Counted from the first letter of the stretch, positions 9,274 through 19,748 are shown. The stretch: DNA of 64,000 nt from an uncultured Chloroflexia bacterium (GCA_963813535.1 CAWEZH010000002.1:864001-928000); one strand, 5' to 3'. Program-made: numbers and translations. Notes: a model not told the origin generated them from the letters alone.

Positions 9274-10655
9274 TCCGCCGCCGAGCCCGCGGCGAGCTGT
9301 TCGCGGTGCGCGGCCAGGAACTCCGCGGTGGCATCGACCAGCCGGTCGACATCGGCCTCGGTGTGGGCGCCCGTCAGGAAGCCGCGGATCATGTAGTGCG
9401 GGTGGACGTAGATCCCGCGCTCCAGCAGCCAGCCGCGGTAGGCCCGCTGGATCGGATGGTCCTTGTCCATCGCGAACCGCGCGAAATCGCGGAAGCGCCG
9501 GATGGGCGCATCGGTGAAGTACATCGTCCAGACGCCCGCCGATTCACGCACCTGGACGCGCGCTCCGGTCTCGTCGATCGCGGCCTGGATCCCGTCCGTG
9601 AGCCGCCGACCCAGGGCACCGATGTGTCGGTGGATGGCGCCTTCGCGCACGATCCCCGTCACCGCCAGCGCGACCGCGACATCGAGGGTATGCCCGGCGA
9701 ACGTCCCCGCGAACAGGACGTCGCCCTTGGGGCCGAGCCGGTCCATGATGTCGCCCCGACCGCAGAGCACCGAGATCGGGAAGCCGTTGCCGATGGCCTT
9801 CCCGAGCGTCGTCAGGTCGGGCGTCACGCCGAACCGTTCCTGGGCGCCGCCGGGCGCATGCCGGAACCCGGTGATGACCTCGTCGAAGATCAGCACGACG
9901 CCCGCGTCCGTGCAGGCGGCACGGATCGTCTCCAGGAACCCTGGCTCGGGCAGGACGACGCCCGCGTTGTGGAAGACCGGCTCGAGGATGACGGCAGCGA
10001 TCGAATCCCCCTCGCGCGCCAACGTGTCGCGGACACCCGCCGCGTCGTTGTACTCGCGGACCACGACGAGATCGCGGACCAGCGACGGGATACCGGCCGA
10101 CGCGGCGACGGGGGTCGGTTCCTCGCCGTCGGTCGCGAAGTGATGGCTCCACGCGACGTAGTCATGCCAGCCGTGGTAATTGCCCTCGAACTTGAGGATC
10201 CGCTCGCGCCCGGTGAACGCGCGGGCGAGCCTGATCGCGTGATACGTCGCCTCCGTCCCGGTGCAGCTGAAGACGACGCGCTCCGCGGACGGGACCATCT
10301 CGACGAGTCGCTCGGCGAGCGCCACCTCGAGCGGGTTGGCAGTCGAGAACGACACGCCGTGCTCGTCCATCGCCCGCATCACGGCCTCGTTGATCCGCGG
10401 GTCGTTGTGGCCGAGCAGGACGGCCCCGAATGACGCGTGGAAGTCCACGTACTCGTTCCCGTCCACGTCCCAGATGCGCGACCCCTGCGCCCGGGTCATG
10501 AACAGCGGATACGGCCGGGCACCTCGGCCCTCGCCCTGGACGCCGCCGGGCGAGACGCGGCTGGCGCGCTCGTACAGGCGGGCCGACTCGTTCGTCGTGA
10601 TCGGCCAGTCGTAGGCCTCGGCGCCGCTCTGTCTGGTCCGGTCGGTAGCCGTCAT
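9270..10655 (-). CDS. Class III PLP aminotransferase, GSA-aminomutase-like
   Basis: WDVDGNEYVD, FEGNYHG, IFDEVITGFR, TLGKAIGNG, AGTF; ATG overlaps upstream stop. Confidence 0.9.
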   Translation of the reverse strand: MTATDRTRQSGAEAYDWPITTNESARLYERASRVSPGGVQGEGRGARPYPLFMTRAQGSRIWDVDGNEYVDFHASFGAVLLGHNDPRINEAVMRAMDEHGVSFSTANPLEVALAERLVEMVPSAERVVFSCTGTEATYHAIRLARAFTGRERILKFEGNYHGWHDYVAWSHHFATDGEEPTPVAASAGIPSLVRDLVVVREYNDAAGVRDTLAREGDSIAAVILEPVFHNAGVVLPEPGFLETIRAACTDAGVVLIFDEVITGFRHAPGGAQERFGVTPDLTTLGKAIGNGFPISVLCGRGDIMDRLGPKGDVLFAGTFAGHTLDVAVALAVTGIVREGAIHRHIGALGRRLTDGIQAAIDETGARVQVRESAGVWTMYFTDAPIRRFRDFARFAMDKDHPIQRAYRGWLLERGIYVHPHYMIRGFLTGAHTEADVDRLVDATAEFLAAHREQLAAGSAAD

Positions 10656-11869
10656 CGGGCCAGAGCTGGTGCGAGATCGGCTAGCGGATCCGCCACCGCG
10701 GTCCGTGAGCCACTGAGCGCCGATGCGTAGATGGCATCGACCACGGCGTTGGCCCGGACGCCGTCCTCGAAGTTCGCGCGGGCCGGTCGCCCTTCGGCGA
10801 TAGCGGTCAGGAACTCGGCCCACATCGCGCACTCCTGTCCCAGGAACCCGATCGACGTGCCGTCAGTGCCCCCGATCAGCAGCTCGACCGCTCCCGGGTG
10901 GGTCGGGTTCACGAGCACGCGACGGTAGCCGAACGTCGAGACATCACCCGGCAGGCAGACCTGGAACTCGTCAGGTCGCTCGAAGTCCCAGGCGGCGGAC
11001 CCGGCCGAACCGAAGACGTCGATGCGCAGCGACACGCGCCGCCCGATCGCCGCCCGGTTCGTCTCGAGCACGCCATACGCGCCGCCGGCGAACGTCAGCA
11101 AGGCGGCCGCGGCATCTTCGACATCGACCCCGCCCAGCGGCGCGTCCGTCGACCGCTTGCCGCCACCGCGGTTCCCGATCGCATCCGCGTCCGGGATCGG
11201 TCGCTCGGTCACGAAGGTCGTCGTGAGTGCCTGGACCGTCTCGATCTCGCCGACCAGGAACCGAGCGCAATCGATGAGGTGGTAGCCGGTATCGATCGCG
11301 ATGCCGCCTCCAGACAGCTCCCGGCGGAAGCGCCACAGGAGCGGCACGTCAGGATCGGCACCGTAGTCGAGCATGAACGACGCCTGCAGGCTGCGGATCG
11401 CCCCGAGCTCCCCGGATCCGATGAGGTCGCGGATCGCGCGCAGCGCCGGCGTCCAGCGATACGCCGCGCCGAGGCCATGGAAGACCCCGGCCGCGCGGCA
11501 CGCGTCCAGGAGGTCCAGCGCGCCGCCGGCGGTCGCCGCGAGCGGCTTCTCGCAGACGATGGCCTTCCCGGCGGCCGCGGTCGCGAGGACGACGTCCGCG
11601 TTCAGGACCGGCGGCAGGCAGGCGACGACCAGGTCGACATCTGGCGCCTCGATCATCCGCCGCCAGTCGGAGTCGACGCGGTCGTAGCCGAATCGATCGC
11701 CCAGCCGCGTCGCGAGACCCTCGTTGACGTCGGCGACCGCGACGAGCCGCGGTCGGAGGGCCAGGTCCGGATAGAGCCCGCGAACCATCGTGAGCGCCGC
11801 GCTGTGGCAGGCGGCCATGGTCCCGGCGCCGACCATGGCGATCCCGATCGATCGGACTCGGTCGGTCAC
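10652..11869 (-). CDS. Gfo/Idh/MocA oxidoreductase
   Basis: VGAGTM, CEKPLA, WRF..GGG..DTGYHLID; GTGA coupling. Confidence 0.9.
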   Translation of the reverse strand: MTDRVRSIGIAMVGAGTMAACHSAALTMVRGLYPDLALRPRLVAVADVNEGLATRLGDRFGYDRVDSDWRRMIEAPDVDLVVACLPPVLNADVVLATAAAGKAIVCEKPLAATAGGALDLLDACRAAGVFHGLGAAYRWTPALRAIRDLIGSGELGAIRSLQASFMLDYGADPDVPLLWRFRRELSGGGIAIDTGYHLIDCARFLVGEIETVQALTTTFVTERPIPDADAIGNRGGGKRSTDAPLGGVDVEDAAAALLTFAGGAYGVLETNRAAIGRRVSLRIDVFGSAGSAAWDFERPDEFQVCLPGDVSTFGYRRVLVNPTHPGAVELLIGGTDGTSIGFLGQECAMWAEFLTAIAEGRPARANFEDGVRANAVVDAIYASALSGSRTAVADPLADLAPALAR

Positions 11870-12999
11870 GAGACGCCTGCGATCGGGGCCGAGGTCGGAG
11901 CGAGCATCTCGTCGACCGTTACGCGCCGGCCCTCGGCGGCCGAGGCGATGATCGCGTCGCACAGGACGGCCGCCTGGTAGCCGTCCTCGAAGCTGGCTTG
12001 TTCGGGTGGCAGCGGCCGGTCCTCGATGACCGCCGACAGGAAGTCCCGCCACTCATGGGCGAAGCTGTGCTCCCAGCCGATGGTGTGGCCGGGTGGCCAC
12101 CACATGTCGAGGAATGGATGATCCGCCTGGGTGACGAGGATGTCGCGGAAGCCACCCGTACCATCGGCCTCGTCGCTCGCGTAGAACACGTGGAGGCGGT
12201 TGAGGTCCTCCATGTCCCACCAGAGCGAGCCCTCCGTCCCGTTGAACTCGACGACCTGGCGGCCCTTCCAGCCCCGCGCGACACGCGACGCCTCGAGCGA
12301 GGCGATGCCGCCACCCCGCAGGTCGATCGCGGCGACATACGCGTCCTCGACATCCACGCCGACGTCGGCACTCGTCAGCTTGGCCGATACCGCCTGGACC
12401 GCCTGCGCTTCATTACCGAGATAGCGGAGGAAGTCGACGATGTGGGCGTAGTCGGTGATGGCCCGGGAGACGTTCGGCCGGCGGCTCGGCACGTGCCCGG
12501 CGGCGTGGTCCTGGAGATACACGGCGCGGAATTGGAGGCAGGTCCCCAGGCGGCCGCTCTCGACGATCCGTCGAGCGAGCCGCATGGCGGGCATGTAGCG
12601 GTAGTTGAAGCCGCATGCGGCCTGGACGCCCGCACGCTGCGCCGCCTCGAGCATCAGTCGGGCCTCGGTCCGCTCCCTCGCCAGCGGCTTTTCGCACAGG
12701 ACCGGCTTGCCGAGAGCCAGCGCGGCTTCGGTGGCTTCACGGTGGGCGGTCTCGCCAAGCAGCACGGCGACGACGTCGACGTTCGGATCCTCGACGACAT
12801 CCGCCCACTCGGTGGTGGATCGCTCGATCTCGAGGTCGCGGGCCATCGCCTCGCCGCGTTCGGCGTTGCGCGCCGCGAGCGCGGTCAGCCGGATGGATCG
12901 TCCGAGCGGGCTGACATGGTTGAGCGTGTGGAGCGCGTGGCCATGCGCACGGGTGATCCACCCGGCTCCGAGGAGCCCGACGCGGATCGGGCGATCCAT
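11866..12999 (-). CDS. Gfo/Idh/MocA oxidoreductase
   Basis: LGAGWI, CEKPLA, GFNYRYMPA, WWPPGHTIGWEH. Confidence 0.9.
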   Translation of the reverse strand: MDRPIRVGLLGAGWITRAHGHALHTLNHVSPLGRSIRLTALAARNAERGEAMARDLEIERSTTEWADVVEDPNVDVVAVLLGETAHREATEAALALGKPVLCEKPLARERTEARLMLEAAQRAGVQAACGFNYRYMPAMRLARRIVESGRLGTCLQFRAVYLQDHAAGHVPSRRPNVSRAITDYAHIVDFLRYLGNEAQAVQAVSAKLTSADVGVDVEDAYVAAIDLRGGGIASLEASRVARGWKGRQVVEFNGTEGSLWWDMEDLNRLHVFYASDEADGTGGFRDILVTQADHPFLDMWWPPGHTIGWEHSFAHEWRDFLSAVIEDRPLPPEQASFEDGYQAAVLCDAIIASAAEGRRVTVDEMLAPTSAPIAGVS

Positions 13000-13010
13000 C
13001 CGCGGCGCCG

Positions 13011-14324
13011 TCAGGCAGGCACGGCCGGCGGCGCCGCCACGCCGCCCAGGATGCGCTCCGGGTCGGCGATGACACGGCGGATCGTGTCGGCGTACAGCTC
13101 GATCAGCTCGAGCGGCTGGACGAAGATCGGGTGACGCGCATCGCAGATCACGAGCGACGAGTCGAGCATCGCCGTGGCCTCGGGATAGTCGGCGACGTCG
13201 TACGTGACGTCGCGACCGGCCGGTGGCTGGGTCCACGGGAACGTGCCGCCGAACCCGACCCGATCCTGGAAGACCGGGAATGCCGGGGCCGGCTGGGAGT
13301 GCCACAGCTCGACGCCGACGCCCTCGGCCATGAGCGCCTGCCCGAGGGCGTCCCGGAAGACCGTCGGCGGGACGTGCCCGAGACCGAGCGCCGCCGGCTC
13401 GAGGCGAACGCGGTACTGGTAGTACGACGACGTCCGATCGGAGGGGACGTGCGGCGTCACGATCCCCGGCACGCCGGCGAACTCCGCATCCAGGTAGGCG
13501 GCGTTCCGCTGGCCGGTCGCGATGTAGTCGGGCAGCCGCTGCAGCTGGGAACGCGCCAGGGCTGCCGGCATCTCTTGGTGGCGGTAGTTCCACCCGACCG
13601 AGTGGGACGTGTACGGTCGGAAGTTCCAGCCGGTCAGTCGTGCCAGCTCGGGGATGTCCTCGCCGAAGGTCCGCAACCGCCGGGCACGGGCGATGACGTC
13701 TGGATCGTCCGCGACGAACAGGCCGCCCTCACCACCCGACAGGATCTTGCTCGAGTTGAGGCTGTAGCAGCCGACGACGCCGTACGAGCCGACCCGGCGA
13801 CCGCGGTACGTCGCGCCATGGGCCTGGCAGGCGTCCTCGATGACCTTGAGACCGTGCCGGTCCGCGATGGCGATGATCTCGTCCAGGTCTGCCGGGAGCC
13901 CGCCGATGTGGACGGCGATGATGGCCCGCGTCCGCGGCGTGATCTTCGCCTCGATCTGGCTCGCATCGAGGTTGAACGTGCGGGGATCGATATCGACGAA
14001 GACCGGGATCGCCAGCTGTTGCAGGATCGGCTGCCACGTGCCGGCGAAGGTGTAGGACGTGGTGATCACCTCGTCCCCAGGCTCGATCCCGATGGCGTAG
14101 AGGGCGGCGTGGATGGCTGCCGTCCCCGAGTTGAACAGCAGACCGGTCGACCGGCCGACGAAGGCTGCCCACTCGTTCTCGAGGGCCGTCATCTCGGGGG
14201 CGCCGACGCCGCCGAGGATGCCTCGCTCGAGCACGGCCGCGACCGCGGCCCGGTCCTCGGGCCGGATGTCCGGCCAGCGTCGCTTGAGCCCCTCTGGGAC
14301 GCGGCTACCTTCGGGAGATCCCAT
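13011..14324 (-). CDS. DegT/DnrJ/EryC1/StrS sugar or cyclitol aminotransferase
   Basis: NSGTAA, IEDACQAHGA, SLNSSKILSGGEGG (PLP lysine), GWNYR. Confidence 0.92.
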   Translation of the reverse strand: MGSPEGSRVPEGLKRRWPDIRPEDRAAVAAVLERGILGGVGAPEMTALENEWAAFVGRSTGLLFNSGTAAIHAALYAIGIEPGDEVITTSYTFAGTWQPILQQLAIPVFVDIDPRTFNLDASQIEAKITPRTRAIIAVHIGGLPADLDEIIAIADRHGLKVIEDACQAHGATYRGRRVGSYGVVGCYSLNSSKILSGGEGGLFVADDPDVIARARRLRTFGEDIPELARLTGWNFRPYTSHSVGWNYRHQEMPAALARSQLQRLPDYIATGQRNAAYLDAEFAGVPGIVTPHVPSDRTSSYYQYRVRLEPAALGLGHVPPTVFRDALGQALMAEGVGVELWHSQPAPAFPVFQDRVGFGGTFPWTQPPAGRDVTYDVADYPEATAMLDSSLVICDARHPIFVQPLELIELYADTIRRVIADPERILGGVAAPPAVPA

Positions 14325-14401
14325 CGGATCACGTCCGTTCTTCGTGCGGCCTTGACGGTCGCCCGATCGTACCGTACGTGGTCGTCGCCGATACGGCGGT
14401 C

Positions 14402-15283
14402 CTAGCGCATGGGCCGTCGTCCGAACGGCAGCCGAGGATCGAGCGCCCCCTCGGTCCAGGCCTCGCGCACCCAGGCGTGCGACGGGTCGTCGCACGCATG
14501 CCAGGCGCGCTCGCCGGGTCCGCCCATCACGTTGAGGTAGTACAGGTCGTACCCCGGCGCGGCCATCGCGGGTCCGTGCCAGCCGTGTGGGACGAGGACG
14601 ACATCGCCGGTCGCGACCGTCGTCAGCAGCTCGATCGGCCGCTCCGGGGTGCCATAGACGTGCTGGTACGCCAGGCCGGGTCCGGCCGGGCCATCGCCCA
14701 CGACGTAGTGATAGATCTCCTCGAGCTCGGTCTCGCCCGGACGGACCTCGTCGTGCTTGTGCGGCGGATACGAGCCCCAGTTACCGCCCGGCGAGAGGAC
14801 CTCGACGGCGATGAGCCGGTCAGCCTCGAAGCGATGCGCGGCCGCGAAGTTGCGGACCTCGCGCGACGAGGCGCCCGCCCCGCGCATCTCGACCGCGACG
14901 TCGGACGCCGCGACGTACCTGACCGGGAAGCGCCGTTCGCCTCGGGCGGTGGCGACGGCGAACCGACCACCACCGGCGCTGGCGACCTCGACCGATGAGC
15001 CCGGCGGTGCATACAGGAAGTCGGTGGGACCCGCCCACACGTCGGGGCGCCCTCCGAGCTCGTATCGCGCGCCGTCCACGGTCACGCCGAAGGCACCTTC
15101 GAGCGGCAACACGGCGACCTCATCGCCGGCGCTCTCGAAAGCGATCGTCGCCCCCGGCGCGAGCGTCGCAGCCCGCAGCCCGCAGTACCGCCAACCGGCC
15201 GCTTCCGGCGTCAGGACGACCGACCACGCTCCGTCGGCCAGCGACCCGGCCGGCCGGTAGAGCTCCGCCGCGTTGTCGGTCAC
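14402..15283 (-). CDS. iolB: 5-deoxy-glucuronate isomerase
   Basis: TPEAAGWRY, EVLSPGGNWGSYPPHKHDE, LEEIYHY, VPHGWHGP, YYLNVMGGP. Confidence 0.93.
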   Translation of the reverse strand: MTDNAAELYRPAGSLADGAWSVVLTPEAAGWRYCGLRAATLAPGATIAFESAGDEVAVLPLEGAFGVTVDGARYELGGRPDVWAGPTDFLYAPPGSSVEVASAGGGRFAVATARGERRFPVRYVAASDVAVEMRGAGASSREVRNFAAAHRFEADRLIAVEVLSPGGNWGSYPPHKHDEVRPGETELEEIYHYVVGDGPAGPGLAYQHVYGTPERPIELLTTVATGDVVLVPHGWHGPAMAAPGYDLYYLNVMGGPGERAWHACDDPSHAWVREAWTEGALDPRLPFGRRPMR

Positions 15284-16410
15284 GCGGACGGCTTGAGGTC
15301 CGGGTTCGGGACGAGCGCGTCGCCCACCTGGTGCTGCAGGTCGTGATACGACGCGATGAAGGCGCGCAGGGTCCGTGCGCTCGGTCCGAACGCATCGAAC
15401 TCGGACGGGCCGAGACCATCGGGCTCGTACGCCCTGGCGAAGTCCGGGAAATGCCGGCGAAGCTCGTCGACGATGACCGGGTCCACCGGGTCGTCCATCC
15501 GGGGACGCACCTCGATGTCGGACGCGTTGAACCGGCGCTGCCAGGCAGACGGCATCGTGATGATCACGTCGCCACCGATCAGCTCGGACCAGTGCAGGTG
15601 GTGGCGGATCGCTGCGGCGAGCGGGCGCGCCCGGAGCCCGCGCGCACGGAACTCGTCGACGGTCCGCTTGAAGACCGCGACGCCGGACCAGGGCAACGCG
15701 GCCGGATCGGCGACGATCCCGTCGCGCTCGGTCTGCAGCCGGAGCCAGTCCTCCAGGCGACCCATCATGACGGTGATCACCGGGCCCATGTCGTCGACCT
15801 GCAGGCCATCCGCCTCGCGGCGGTGCAACCCACGCTCGACGGCTTCGCCCGCGGCGATCGCCTGGGCCACCGAGAACGACACGGTGGCGTTCACGTTCAC
15901 GCCACGGTAGGTCGCCTCCTCCATGACCCGGACGCCGACCTCGGTGGCGGGGAACTTGACGATGATGTTCGGCGCGAGACCGGCGAAGTGCTCGCCCTGG
16001 GCGAGCATCCGATCGAACGACCGAAAGAGCGTGGGGTCGGTCTGCACCGACAGGCGACCCTGACGCCCGCCGCTGGCCTCGAATGCGGGCCGCAGCAACG
16101 GCGCGGCCCGGAGCGACATCTCCTCGACGATCGCCCATGCCAGGTCGACCTCGGTCGCGGCAGGCAGGTCACCGGCACGGGTCCGGACCCGATCCCGCCA
16201 GTAGGCCGGATCCTGCTTCCAGACATCGGTGACGATCGTCGGATTCGCCGTCGCGCCGACGGCGCCGTAGGAGATGGCGTACTCGAGCTCCGGCACCGAA
16301 CAGGAGTCGTTCCAGACATCGGTCGGAGTCGTGGCGATCGTCCGGCCGAGCGGCGAATCCGCCAGCGGCAACGTCGTCGAGCGGCCGATCGTGTCCGTAG
16401 CGCTACCCAC
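15280..16410 (-). CDS. Transaldolase-family protein with atypical active site
   Basis: WNDSCS, ATANPTIV, IIVKFPAT (Schiff-base Lys), NVNATVSFS, MGRLEDW; AGGAGG before GTG 16410. Confidence 0.88.
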   Translation of the reverse strand: MGSATDTIGRSTTLPLADSPLGRTIATTPTDVWNDSCSVPELEYAISYGAVGATANPTIVTDVWKQDPAYWRDRVRTRAGDLPAATEVDLAWAIVEEMSLRAAPLLRPAFEASGGRQGRLSVQTDPTLFRSFDRMLAQGEHFAGLAPNIIVKFPATEVGVRVMEEATYRGVNVNATVSFSVAQAIAAGEAVERGLHRREADGLQVDDMGPVITVMMGRLEDWLRLQTERDGIVADPAALPWSGVAVFKRTVDEFRARGLRARPLAAAIRHHLHWSELIGGDVIITMPSAWQRRFNASDIEVRPRMDDPVDPVIVDELRRHFPDFARAYEPDGLGPSEFDAFGPSARTLRAFIASYHDLQHQVGDALVPNPDLKPSA

Positions 16411-16433
16411 CTGGGATCCTCCTGCGAGCCGCA

Positions 16434-16462
16434 TTGACACCGGGTCGACACCGCGATACCGT
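16434..16462 (+). promoter_or_regulatory. sigma70-type promoter for the iolE-like/iolG/ABC operon
   Basis: TTGACA (16434-16439), 17 nt spacer, TACCGT (16457-16462). Confidence 0.6.
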
Positions 16463-16477
16463 CCGACCGGTCTCAGG

Positions 16478-16489
16478 GTAATCGATTAC
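16478..16489. promoter_or_regulatory. LacI-family operator
   Basis: Perfect palindrome GTAATCGATTAC with central CG in the divergent intergenic region. Confidence 0.7.
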
Positions 16490-16608
16490 GCGGGATGTTC
16501 TAGGAGGGGACGTTGCCCGTCACGCCCGCGGACGCCCACGATACGCCACGTCGCCGAGATACCATCGCGACTGCGCGCGAGCTCGAGGGGGCCGGTCGAG
16601 GAGCATCG

Positions 16609-17583
16609 ATGACCACCGTCACGGCCGTCCGAGGCACGGCGCCCGACCTGCGGCGCGCTGGTGATGCCCTCCCCAATGCCCCGATCGGGACGGTCCCCAT
16701 CCTCTGGTACAACGCCGACCCTGAGGTGGGCCGGTGGGACGCCCCGGCGATCCTCGACGAGATCGCCCGTCTCGGGTACGAGGGAACCCAGCTCGGCACG
16801 GACTTCCCGACCGGAGAGACGCTGCGGGTCGAGCTGTCCCGACGCGATCTCCGACTGGCGGAGGTGTACGTGCCGATCCCGACGACCGTCGACGGACCGA
16901 CCTCGGGGGCGATGGCGGTCGCCGTCGAGTGCCTGACCCGGCTGAACGAAGCGGGCGGCGACGTCCTGTGCGTGGCTGTCGACGGCTCGGCCGACCGAGA
17001 CGCGCGGGGCGGCCGCGCCGTCGAGCCCGGCACGCCGGCCCTCACCGATGCCGGCTGGGAGGCGCTGATCGAGCTCCTTCACGCGGTCGCGGACGCCGCT
17101 ACGGAGCTCGGCCACACGACGGTCTTCCATCCGCACGCCGCGACCTACGTCGAGACTCTTGACGAGATCGACCGGCTGGTGCGATCGACGGCTCCGGAGC
17201 GCATCGGCGTCTGCCTCGACACTGGGCATCACCTGGTCGCCGGTGGCGATCCGGTCGCCGACCTGCGGGCACTTGGCGAGCGGGTCCGCCACGTGCACCT
17301 CAAGGACGTCGATCCGGATGTCCTGGCGGGTCTGCGCGCGGGAGCCTACGACGGCATGGCCGATGCGGTCCGCCAGGGCCTGTTCACCGAGCTCGGTGCC
17401 GGCTCGCTGGACCTCGATGGGGTCCTCGCCGCTCTCGCGGCACGGTCCTATGACGGCTGGCTCATGGTCGAGCAGGATCGGGGCCTCGGTCCCCCATCCG
17501 AGAGCGCGGCGATCGGCCGGCGTGTGCTGGCCGCGTCGCTGCGACGGCTCGGTGCGGACCAGGCAGGAGCGGGTACGCCGTGA
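16609..17583 (+). CDS. IolE/MocC-like TIM barrel (putative inosose dehydratase)
   Basis: APIGTVPILWYN, GYEGTQLG, FHPHAATYVE, CLDTGH, HVHLKDVD, FTELGAG, WLMVEQD; alternative in-frame TTG start at 16513 also has an SD. Confidence 0.8.
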   Translation: MTTVTAVRGTAPDLRRAGDALPNAPIGTVPILWYNADPEVGRWDAPAILDEIARLGYEGTQLGTDFPTGETLRVELSRRDLRLAEVYVPIPTTVDGPTSGAMAVAVECLTRLNEAGGDVLCVAVDGSADRDARGGRAVEPGTPALTDAGWEALIELLHAVADAATELGHTTVFHPHAATYVETLDEIDRLVRSTAPERIGVCLDTGHHLVAGGDPVADLRALGERVRHVHLKDVDPDVLAGLRAGAYDGMADAVRQGLFTELGAGSLDLDGVLAALAARSYDGWLMVEQDRGLGPPSESAAIGRRVLAASLRRLGADQAGAGTP

Positions 17584-18578
17584 GGATCGCTCTGCTCGGT
17601 GCCGGCCGGATCGGGCGGCTCCATGCCCGCCTGTTGAAGGCGACGCCCGGCGTCGACGGCGTCGTCGTCGGCGACGTCGATGCGGACCGCGCCCTCGACG
17701 TTGCAAAGACCGTCGGGATCGAGTCGGCGCCCACCATCGACGCGGCCCTGGACGGCGCTGGCGCCGTGGTCATCGCAGCCGCGACGACGGCGCATCCGGA
17801 GCTCATCCGCGAGTCGATCGGCCGGGGACTGCCGACGTTCTGCGAGAAGCCGCTCGCCGCCACCCTCGACGACACCATCGCACTCGCGGCCGATATCGAC
17901 CGCTCCGGGATCCCGTTCCAGCTCGGCTTCCAGCGGCGTTTCGATCCTGCCTACCGGGAGGTCCACCGGCTCATCCGGAACGGGTCGCTCGGCACGCTCT
18001 ACGCCATCCGCCTGGCCGGCCACGACCCGGCTCCGGCGCACGAGGCGTACATCGCCCAATCGGGTGGCCTGTTCCGGGACTTCTCGATCCACGACTTCGA
18101 CATCCTGCGCTGGATGACCGGCTGCGAGGTCGAGGAGGTCTACGCCGACGGCGGCGTCCGGGGGTTCCCGGTCTTCGAGAAATACGGCGATGTCGATACC
18201 GCGGTCGTCACTCTCCGCCTCACCGACGGACCGTTCACCGTGATGACCGTCGCTCGCCATGATCCGCTCGGCTACGACATCCGCGCCGAGATCTTCGGCT
18301 CGGGCGACAGCGTCGCGGTCGGGCTCGGTCCCAGAACGCCCTTGCGCTCGGTCGAACCGGGCGTGCCCCCGCCGGCCGGGCCGGCGTGGAAGGACTTCCT
18401 CGTGCGCTTCGAATCGGCCTACGCGGCCGAGTTCGCGGCCTTCGTCGCGCTCGCCCGCGGCGATGCTCCCAGTCCCTGTACGGCCCGAGACGGTGTCGCG
18501 GCTCTCCGCGTCGCCGAAGCGGCCGATCGCTCGCTCCACGAACACCGACCAGTGCGGCTCGCGGAGATCCCCGGCTGA
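17580..18578 (+). CDS. iolG: Inositol 2-dehydrogenase-like Gfo/Idh/MocA enzyme
   Basis: LGAGRIG, FCEKP, GFQRRFD, SGGLFRDFSIHDFD, GYDIRAEIFGS. Confidence 0.85.
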   Translation: MRIALLGAGRIGRLHARLLKATPGVDGVVVGDVDADRALDVAKTVGIESAPTIDAALDGAGAVVIAAATTAHPELIRESIGRGLPTFCEKPLAATLDDTIALAADIDRSGIPFQLGFQRRFDPAYREVHRLIRNGSLGTLYAIRLAGHDPAPAHEAYIAQSGGLFRDFSIHDFDILRWMTGCEVEEVYADGGVRGFPVFEKYGDVDTAVVTLRLTDGPFTVMTVARHDPLGYDIRAEIFGSGDSVAVGLGPRTPLRSVEPGVPPPAGPAWKDFLVRFESAYAAEFAAFVALARGDAPSPCTARDGVAALRVAEAADRSLHEHRPVRLAEIPG

Positions 18579-18737
18579 GAACGGGTCACGGCCGCCCTCG
18601 GGACGGCCTGACGAAAGGAGGTGTCCATGGCGGCCACGTCGGCCGCGGATCGACAGTCATCCCTCGGCTCCACCCTTCGGGTGGATGACATCTGGACCGT
18701 GGCGCCTGCCGCGGCACATCGGAGGAGAACGAACGGT

Positions 18738-19748
18738 ATGAACCTACGGAAAGTGCTCGTCGGCCTCGCTGGCGCGGCGATCATCGTCGGAGCCTGCTCG
18801 ACCGGGACCCCGACCGGGTCGGGAGCCACGACGGGCAGCGGCCCGGACGGTGCGCTCGTCAAGCGCAGCGACATCAAGATCGAGTATGTGACCCACGGCC
18901 AGGCCCAGGACGGGTTCTGGGGCGTGGTCCGCAACGGCGTCAAGGCCGGCGCGGCCGACATGGGCGTGACGGCGAACTACAGCGCGCCGGGCCAGGAAAG
19001 TGACATGCCCGGCATGGTGTCGCTCATCGATGCCGCCATCGCCAAGAAGCCGACCGGGCTCGTCGTCTCGATCCCCAACCCCGACGCACTCGGGCCTGCC
19101 ATCAAGAAGGCCGTCGACGCCGGGATCCCAGTCGTGTCGATGAACTCCGGGTCGGACGTCTTCAAGGAACTGGGTGTCCTGGCACACGTCGGCCAGACCG
19201 AATACGAGGCTGGCCTCGGGGCCGGTCAGCGGTTCAAGGACGCCGGCGTGAAGAACGCCGTCTGCTTCAACCAGGAGGTCGGCAACCAGGCGCTGACCCT
19301 TCGCTGCAACGGCTTCTTCATGGGCCTGACCGGCTCCGAGGATGGTGAGGTCCTGACGGGCAACATCTCCGACCCGGCCGGCATGCAGGCGACGATCGCG
19401 GCCGCGCTCCAGTCGGACGCGACGATCGACGGTCTCCTCACCCTGGGCCCGTCCGTGGCCAAGCCGGCGCTCGACGCCGTCGCCGCGTCGGGCAAGACCA
19501 TCCATCTCGCCACCTTCGACCTCAGCGCTGACGTGCTGACGGCGATCAAGGACGGGAAGATGGACTTCGCCATCGATCAGCAGCAGTTCCTGCAGGGCTA
19601 CCTGCCGATCGTGATCCTCACGAACTATGCCGAGACCAGGAACCTCCCGACCGGCAACGGCCAGGGCCTGATCATGACCGGCCCCGGGTTCGTGACCAAG
19701 GAGTCCGCAGCGGACGTCATCGCGCTCGCCGCGAAGGGCCTTCGCTAG
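18738..19748 (+). CDS. Sugar (inositol-type) ABC substrate-binding lipoprotein
   Basis: IVGAC lipobox, [31 protein letters not shown]; GGAGG SD. Confidence 0.9.
   Translation: MNLRKVLVGLAGAAIIVGACSTGTPTGSGATTGSGPDGALVKRSDIKIEYVTHGQAQDGFWGVVRNGVKAGAADMGVTANYSAPGQESDMPGMVSLIDAAIAKKPTGLVVSIPNPDALGPAIKKAVDAGIPVVSMNSGSDVFKELGVLAHVGQTEYEAGLGAGQRFKDAGVKNAVCFNQEVGNQALTLRCNGFFMGLTGSEDGEVLTGNISDPAGMQATIAAALQSDATIDGLLTLGPSVAKPALDAVAASGKTIHLATFDLSADVLTAIKDGKMDFAIDQQQFLQGYLPIVILTNYAETRNLPTGNGQGLIMTGPGFVTKESAADVIALAAKGLR

Noticed and set aside
9270-10655. Call as hemL
   Set aside because: No tetrapyrrole genes nearby; it is coupled to sugar dehydrogenases
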